From contig JACPHO010000006.1 of NCBI GenBank assembly GCA_016188545.1, positions 693 to 64,692 on the forward strand: a stretch of 64,000 nt of DNA, read 5' to 3'. Shown here one piece after another: positions 58,973 to 64,000 of this stretch. The position numbers were made by a program, and so were the translations under genes. The first letter of the stretch is position 1; each line of letters opens with the position of its first letter. The notes under the pieces were generated by a model. It did not search any database, had not been told where the DNA came from, and worked only from the letters and a program-made list of their open reading frames with translations. Origin of the DNA: Candidatus Shapirobacteria bacterium (GTDB lineage Bacteria > Patescibacteriota > Microgenomatia > UBA12405).

Positions 58973-59749
58973 TCAACCAACCAGTCCAAAAGTCAATATT
59001 ACCATTCTATCGATCACAACTTCTCTCCCACTCACTCGCTCGTGAAAGTTTTTTTGCCACTTTTTAAACTCAACATTTGTCAGATATGCCAAAACAGAAA
59101 AAGGCCGCGACTGTGTCCACATCTCCAAGGTCGATGGTGTAAACTGCTTTTTAACAGTCAAAATCACCCTATTTATAAGAGAAAAACCACCATCCGTAAA
59201 CGCTCTGACTATCACCGGCTCGTCCGGAGTTCTGGATAATTCTCTTTTCAAAACCTTTTCGAGTGACCGACAATAAGGTAACCCATAAAACTGCTCATGA
59301 TTAGTACTGGCAATAATCATGCTCCCCTTATCGCTAAGTATGGTCTTAACTCTGTTTACTAATCGTGGCAGATCGCCAACAAAGTGAATGCTTTGAAAAA
59401 ATATCACCAGATCAAACTTTATTGAAGACAGCTTCTCCGTCCAACCATTATCAAAGTCAGCTTTAATTACCTCTACATTAGTGAGCCCCTCTCCAACCAC
59501 ATTGTCCCTCAAACTTATCAGCATTTCCTCGGACAGGTCTACCCCCACAAACTTTTTATGTGGATACAGTTTTGCCAGTGGAATCAACAATCTACCCGAA
59601 CCACAGCCCAAATCTAAAATCGTCTCACTTGTCTCAACCTTCAGAGATAACTCTATCAACACCTTGCACAAAGCCCTTCTTCCCAAGGCTCTCTTGTGGC
59701 TAAAGTCTTTGGCCAAAACCGCTAAAATATCTTCCCTGACTAGACTCAT
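58973..59749 (-). CDS. Class I SAM-dependent methyltransferase
   Basis: ILDLGCGSG, GVDLSEEML, FDLV. Confidence 0.9.
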   Translation of the reverse strand: MSLVREDILAVLAKDFSHKRALGRRALCKVLIELSLKVETSETILDLGCGSGRLLIPLAKLYPHKKFVGVDLSEEMLISLRDNVVGEGLTNVEVIKADFDNGWTEKLSSIKFDLVIFFQSIHFVGDLPRLVNRVKTILSDKGSMIIASTNHEQFYGLPYCRSLEKVLKRELSRTPDEPVIVRAFTDGGFSLINRVILTVKKQFTPSTLEMWTQSRPFSVLAYLTNVEFKKWQKNFHERVSGREVVIDRMVILTFGLVG

Positions 59750-59795
59750 AAACTTGGAGATTATATCTTAAAAAAGTTGAATAATCCACAACTTA

Positions 59796-60809
59796 TCACC
59801 ATTCACTGTCATACCAACTGACAGCTTTGACCACTGCTTCCTCCCACCCACTCCCAACAGGTCCTTTTAAATTGTGATCCGCTCCTTTGTAAATCACCAA
59901 TTCAATATTTTTTCCAATCCCTTTGAGATTTGTTACCACAGTGTTTTGCCACTCTACTTTCACCCACTCATCCTGGGTTCCTTGCTGAATCATGATTGGA
60001 GAATTTATCCATTGATAATAATTGTCAAATGCATAACGTCTGGCATCGTAATGTCTTTGAAACTCATCAATCACATCTTTTACTGGACTCCCCTCATCTA
60101 TTGTTGACAACACACTTTCCGGAAATGGTTGGGTCATCGGTGCCCACATTACTGTGGGGTATTGCCCCCCAGTTACCTCCAGTACCGACATTACTATCTG
60201 TCCACCATTGCTATGCGCCCAAAAGCCGATTCGACTTTTATCTACCCAAGGAATCCTTTTTACCGATTCAAGTAAATCCAGTACTTCTACCACCTTATGA
60301 AACCGTGCCTCCAGCATATCAGTCGACTCCACATCACTATTGGCATAACCCAAAAAATCCAGACTGATTGTTACGTATCCTTGTTTTGCCAATTCATCCG
60401 CCATCTTCCAACTCCCCGACCCGGGATAATACCCTATCTTTTCGGCGTATCCCCGAACCATGATGATTACTGGACTTAAACTACTCCGCTCCGGCATATA
60501 GCTCATCATCCCACTAATCCATTTACCGTCGCTCTTAAATCTTACTTCTCTAGTTTCAAATTCGTTTTGACTTTTTACTTTTGAATTTTGAATTTTTCTC
60601 CTATCCTCCACTTCTTTTATCGGACCTAAGATTTCTATTTCTGAAGCTATTGGTATTCGTTTTCGTAAGCTGTCAAAATCATATTTTTCTAGACTCAATT
60701 CAATAATCTCCCTAGCAGATCCTTTTGGATTAATAGTTTCTCGTGGCCAAAAATAATATCCTAAAATAATTGAAATAATACAAAATATTACAATAATTGC
60801 CTTTTTCAT
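59796..60809 (-). CDS. Membrane-anchored alpha/beta hydrolase (S9-like)
   Basis: WAHSNGG, QGTQDE, GADHN. Confidence 0.85.
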   Translation of the reverse strand: MKKAIIVIFCIISIILGYYFWPRETINPKGSAREIIELSLEKYDFDSLRKRIPIASEIEILGPIKEVEDRRKIQNSKVKSQNEFETREVRFKSDGKWISGMMSYMPERSSLSPVIIMVRGYAEKIGYYPGSGSWKMADELAKQGYVTISLDFLGYANSDVESTDMLEARFHKVVEVLDLLESVKRIPWVDKSRIGFWAHSNGGQIVMSVLEVTGGQYPTVMWAPMTQPFPESVLSTIDEGSPVKDVIDEFQRHYDARRYAFDNYYQWINSPIMIQQGTQDEWVKVEWQNTVVTNLKGIGKNIELVIYKGADHNLKGPVGSGWEEAVVKAVSWYDSEW

Positions 60810-61945
60810 AACTCCAATATCTTCTCCACCGCATTCCTGCTATTTATCATCTCAAATCTGTGTTCTAGTGGGAAAATATCCGCTGCCTTTTTCTCTATCC
60901 ATTTTATCTCCCAGCTAAAGTATTCTTTTTTATAACTCTCCACTACCAAATCTACCTCTCTGCCCCCATATTCCCTGTAAAAATATTGTTTCCACAATTT
61001 ATCGCAATTTCGCCTAACTTTTTCCACTTCCACAACCACCCAGTTTTCAAAAAGTCCCCCAAGATCAGGTCTTTTATCCAATTCTCTAAAATCCGACACC
61101 AATGCGTTTCGTATTCCCAAATCCATAAAATAAATCTTCCTTGCCTCTGATACTGACTTTCTGGTATTTAATTTAAACGATGGCAATTCTACCAAAATAT
61201 AATTTCTACAAAAAATATCCAGATAGTTGGCAATTGTTGCCGGACTAGATTGCAAGCTACTGGCAATTTCCCGATATGATACCTCCTGACCCAGTTGCAA
61301 TGCCACCATCATCAATACTTTTTTTGCCAATTCAGCACTCTGTAAATCATAAAAATTAACAATGTCCTTAAGTACATATGCTTCAACCAAATTCTCTAAT
61401 TTTTTTACTTTCTCTGTTTCGCCAGTAGTTTCCATTACCTCCGGATACCAACCAAAAGACAATGTCTTGGCCAACTGTTCCCTTGACCACTCTTGTATAT
61501 TAATTTCTTTGGGATTATCATTTTCTTTTGTTTCCCCCAAGGATAGGGGTAAACAATAATATTCTTCAAATCTTCCTGCCAACGTGTCAAAGTCCTTACC
61601 TGCCTTTTTCCGCAGTTCACTGCTACCAGTAGCAATAATCTTTATTTTCAGAACATCATGAATAATTTTTAGTATTTTTGTCGACTCCGGATAGTTTTGA
61701 ACTTCGTCAATCAAAATTACCTTCAAGTCCCCCACTATTTTTTTTAGCCAGTCCACATCATTTTTAAATTTTTCCCGGTCAGTTGAGATATCAAAATTAA
61801 ACACCGGTAAATCCATCTTTTTACCGTAATATTCCAAAATTGTAGTCTTCCCCGATCGTCTCGGCCCCCAAATAAACAATATATTCGTATTGTCTCTGTC
61901 TTCAATATATTTATCTATCTTTTCCTCGATCATTCTTCTAATCAT
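60806..61945 (-). CDS. AAA+ ATPase with a C-terminal DUF4143-type PD-(D/E)xK domain
   Basis: GPRRSGKTT, IDEVQ, TGSS, KIYFMDLG, FEN, EVD...EIK. Confidence 0.9.
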   Translation of the reverse strand: MIRRMIEEKIDKYIEDRDNTNILFIWGPRRSGKTTILEYYGKKMDLPVFNFDISTDREKFKNDVDWLKKIVGDLKVILIDEVQNYPESTKILKIIHDVLKIKIIATGSSELRKKAGKDFDTLAGRFEEYYCLPLSLGETKENDNPKEINIQEWSREQLAKTLSFGWYPEVMETTGETEKVKKLENLVEAYVLKDIVNFYDLQSAELAKKVLMMVALQLGQEVSYREIASSLQSSPATIANYLDIFCRNYILVELPSFKLNTRKSVSEARKIYFMDLGIRNALVSDFRELDKRPDLGGLFENWVVVEVEKVRRNCDKLWKQYFYREYGGREVDLVVESYKKEYFSWEIKWIEKKAADIFPLEHRFEMINSRNAVEKILEL

Positions 61946-62064
61946 ACTCTAACTTAACAAATTAATACCAATTTGTAAAGTCACACTTTCCACTTTACCC
62001 TAAATTTGCCAACTTTACCCCATAATACTTGACAATCTAATAAGAGAGAGATAATGCCTATAAT

Positions 62065-62337
62065 ATGAAAAACTTACCAGAAAATTTAGTCATCCCAGTA
62101 GAACCAACCGCAGAAGAAATGGTCGCAATGCAAAAAAAATTTGACGGCATCTTTCGAAAAGTACTAGTTGCCTGTGACAATATCACCTTTGGTACACCTG
62201 TTTCTGAAAAAAAATTCGCCAAATACCTAGGTGGCCGAGATCAAGTTGAAATATACTACCAAATGAGATCACAACTTCCAGATCTTAAAATAAAGACTGG
62301 TGCGCAACTAGGCATTCGAACGAGACTGAATGGTTGA
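62065..62337 (+). CDS. Hypothetical protein
   Basis: 90-aa ORF behind a duplicated promoter segment. Confidence 0.55.
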   Translation: MKNLPENLVIPVEPTAEEMVAMQKKFDGIFRKVLVACDNITFGTPVSEKKFAKYLGGRDQVEIYYQMRSQLPDLKIKTGAQLGIRTRLNG

Positions 62338-62389
62338 TCTTTTAACCCATAATACTTGACTTATTCATTAGTGAGAGAGAAAATACCTT

Positions 62390-62770
62390 ATGCCAAGAAG
62401 GATTCTTACAGCTGAACAAGGCCTACCCACTGGTCCAATAATGGATGCCGGCATAGTTGAATTAAAAGTAAAACAACTATTAGAAAAGGAGGCTGGTCAA
62501 AAACCTGTTATTCTGGATAATATGGCCATATTAAACCCACGAAATAGAGGGGCTGATCCAGCTTGGCACGGTGGCCATAAAGCAATTCAATTAGTATATC
62601 TTCCCCTAAATGACATACTCGCGGTTCACCGGGCAACAGAAAACGAAGCAGAAGCTGATCGTACTGACATCTACGTAATTCCACTCGATGAAGCCAGACG
62701 TTTCTTTACTGGAACCATAGAAAGCATAACTCATCCAGAGTGGCCAAAAGCAACCAGGATTGGAAGTTAA
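62390..62770 (+). CDS. Hypothetical protein
   Basis: 126-aa ORF behind the second copy of the promoter segment. Confidence 0.55.
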   Translation: MPRRILTAEQGLPTGPIMDAGIVELKVKQLLEKEAGQKPVILDNMAILNPRNRGADPAWHGGHKAIQLVYLPLNDILAVHRATENEAEADRTDIYVIPLDEARRFFTGTIESITHPEWPKATRIGS

Positions 62771-62821
62771 ACACAATCCCTTTTCTTTTCCATGAACTCT
62801 GTTATACTATCCCTTGTTCTA

Positions 62822-62895
62822 CCGAAGACAGCAGGCTTGGCTCGCCAAAACGAAAGTGAAGGCGGCTTATAAGAGATTCATCTCCCCCGCCGAGG
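62822..62895 (+). promoter_or_regulatory. Ribosomal protein L10 leader
   Basis: CCGAAGACAGCAGG...CCCGCCGAGG upstream of rplJ; extended -10 TGTTATACT at 62800. Confidence 0.8.
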
Positions 62896-62990
62896 CCAAA
62901 TTAGACTTTCTAATTGCGTCCCGAATTCGGGACCTTTTTAGTTTTTAACTAAATTACTAGAGCACTATAGCTCTAAAGCACTAAATCAAT

Positions 62991-63506
62991 ATGTCAAAAG
63001 CCAAAATCAACAAAATCGCGCAAGTCGAGCAAGTCGTCGTTAAGCTTAACAGCGCCAAGTCCGCTGCCCTAGTCCAATACCAAGGTTTAAACGCTGCCGG
63101 TGTCGTCGCACTTCGCGACAAGGTACGTGAGAATGGTGGAGCCCTCGAGGTCACCAAAAATTCCCTTATCTTCCGTGCTCTTCTTAAGATGGGTATCGCC
63201 CTACCTGAGGAATTAGTCGGACCAACCGCCATTGCCTATAGCAATGATGACGAAATCGCTCCTCTAAAAGAAATTGATGCCGTCAACAAAAGTTCTGAAA
63301 AAACTTTCTTCAAATACGGTATCTACCAAGGTAAACTTCTATCTGTTGATGATCTCAAAAAATTCATTTCTCTTCCTTCAAAATCCACACTACTCTCTCA
63401 ACTAGTTGGTGGACTTAGAAATCCTCTCGAAAGAATGGTTTACGCTATGCGCTACAACCAAACTCAATTAGTTATGACCATCAAGGCTATAGCTGATAAA
63501 AAATAA
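62991..63506 (+). CDS. rplJ: 50S ribosomal protein L10
   Basis: YQGL, LRDKVRE, VTKNSL, GPTAIA, SLPSK. Confidence 0.96.
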   Translation: MSKAKINKIAQVEQVVVKLNSAKSAALVQYQGLNAAGVVALRDKVRENGGALEVTKNSLIFRALLKMGIALPEELVGPTAIAYSNDDEIAPLKEIDAVNKSSEKTFFKYGIYQGKLLSVDDLKKFISLPSKSTLLSQLVGGLRNPLERMVYAMRYNQTQLVMTIKAIADKK

Positions 63507-63541
63507 TTTGTTGTTAATAATTTATTAATTAATTAAAAAAA

Positions 63542-63922
63542 ATGGACGCAAAATTAACCAAAATTCTCGACCAAATTGCTGAACTTTCAGTAATGGAATT
63601 ATCCGAACTGGTCAAAGCTTTAGAAGAAAAATTCGACGTTAAGGCTGTGGCCGTGGCAGCCGCCTCGCCCGCCGGAGCGCCAGCGCAGGCAGGTCCTGCT
63701 GCTGAAGAGAAGACCGAATTCGATGTTGTTATTACCAACGCTGGTACTAATAAAATCGCTGTTATCAAAGTAGTCCGTGAATTCAAACCAGAGCTAGGAC
63801 TCAAAGAAGCTAAAGATATGGTCGATGCTGCTCCCGCAGACCTCGGAACCATGAAGAAAGACGCTGCTACCGATGCTAAGACCAAACTCGAAGCTGCTGG
63901 CGCAACTGTCGAACTCAAATAA
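63542..63922 (+). CDS. rplL: 50S ribosomal protein L7/L12
   Basis: [37 protein letters not shown]. Confidence 0.98.
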   Translation: MDAKLTKILDQIAELSVMELSELVKALEEKFDVKAVAVAAASPAGAPAQAGPAAEEKTEFDVVITNAGTNKIAVIKVVREFKPELGLKEAKDMVDAAPADLGTMKKDAATDAKTKLEAAGATVELK

Positions 63923-63943
63923 TTCTATTTGTTTCAAACTTTA

Positions 63944-63969
63944 ATACCCGCCGCAAGGCGGGTATTTTT
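63944..63969 (+). terminator. Rho-independent terminator
   Basis: AATACCCGCC-GCAA-GGCGGGTATT followed by Ts. Confidence 0.9.
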
Positions 63970-64000
63970 ATTAAATCACTTTCAACACGTGTCCTCTCCC

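Overview
A low-GC bacterial window read with the standard code. Gene content and protein style (short SufD, shortened L1, NrdJ, many ORFans) point by inference to a CPR/Patescibacteria genome, most like Microgenomates. Housekeeping content: sufC-B-D-S-U, four tRNAs (Thr-GGT, Ser-TGA, Trp-CCA, Ala-GGC), rpmG, glyA, nrdR-nrdJ-pduO with tandem NrdR boxes, ddl/alr/murF, and secE-nusG-rplK-rplA separated by about 15 kb from rplJ-rplL. Accessory content: five toxin-antitoxin pairs, glycosylation genes, a tandem ATP-grasp pair and many small ORFans. I saw no CRISPR array, integrase, transposase or rRNA. The most interesting signals are non-coding. (1) Two diverged copies of a structured RNA motif I cannot assign, with compensatory base changes (about 30845-31036 and 57516-57766). 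(2) Two partial tRNA-Ala copies flanking the intact gene, with the anticodon arm replaced by a perfect 18-nt palindrome. (3) Palindromic and 7-nt tandem repeat families that occur intergenically and in frame inside EpmA, L1, L12, NrdJ, SufC and PduO. (4) Duplicated terminators, promoters and operon ends around inserted ORFans. (5) Promoter-driven small RNAs converging on a BECR-like nuclease gene. (6) Widespread leaderless gene starts. All calls come from reading the sequence by eye; no searches were run.
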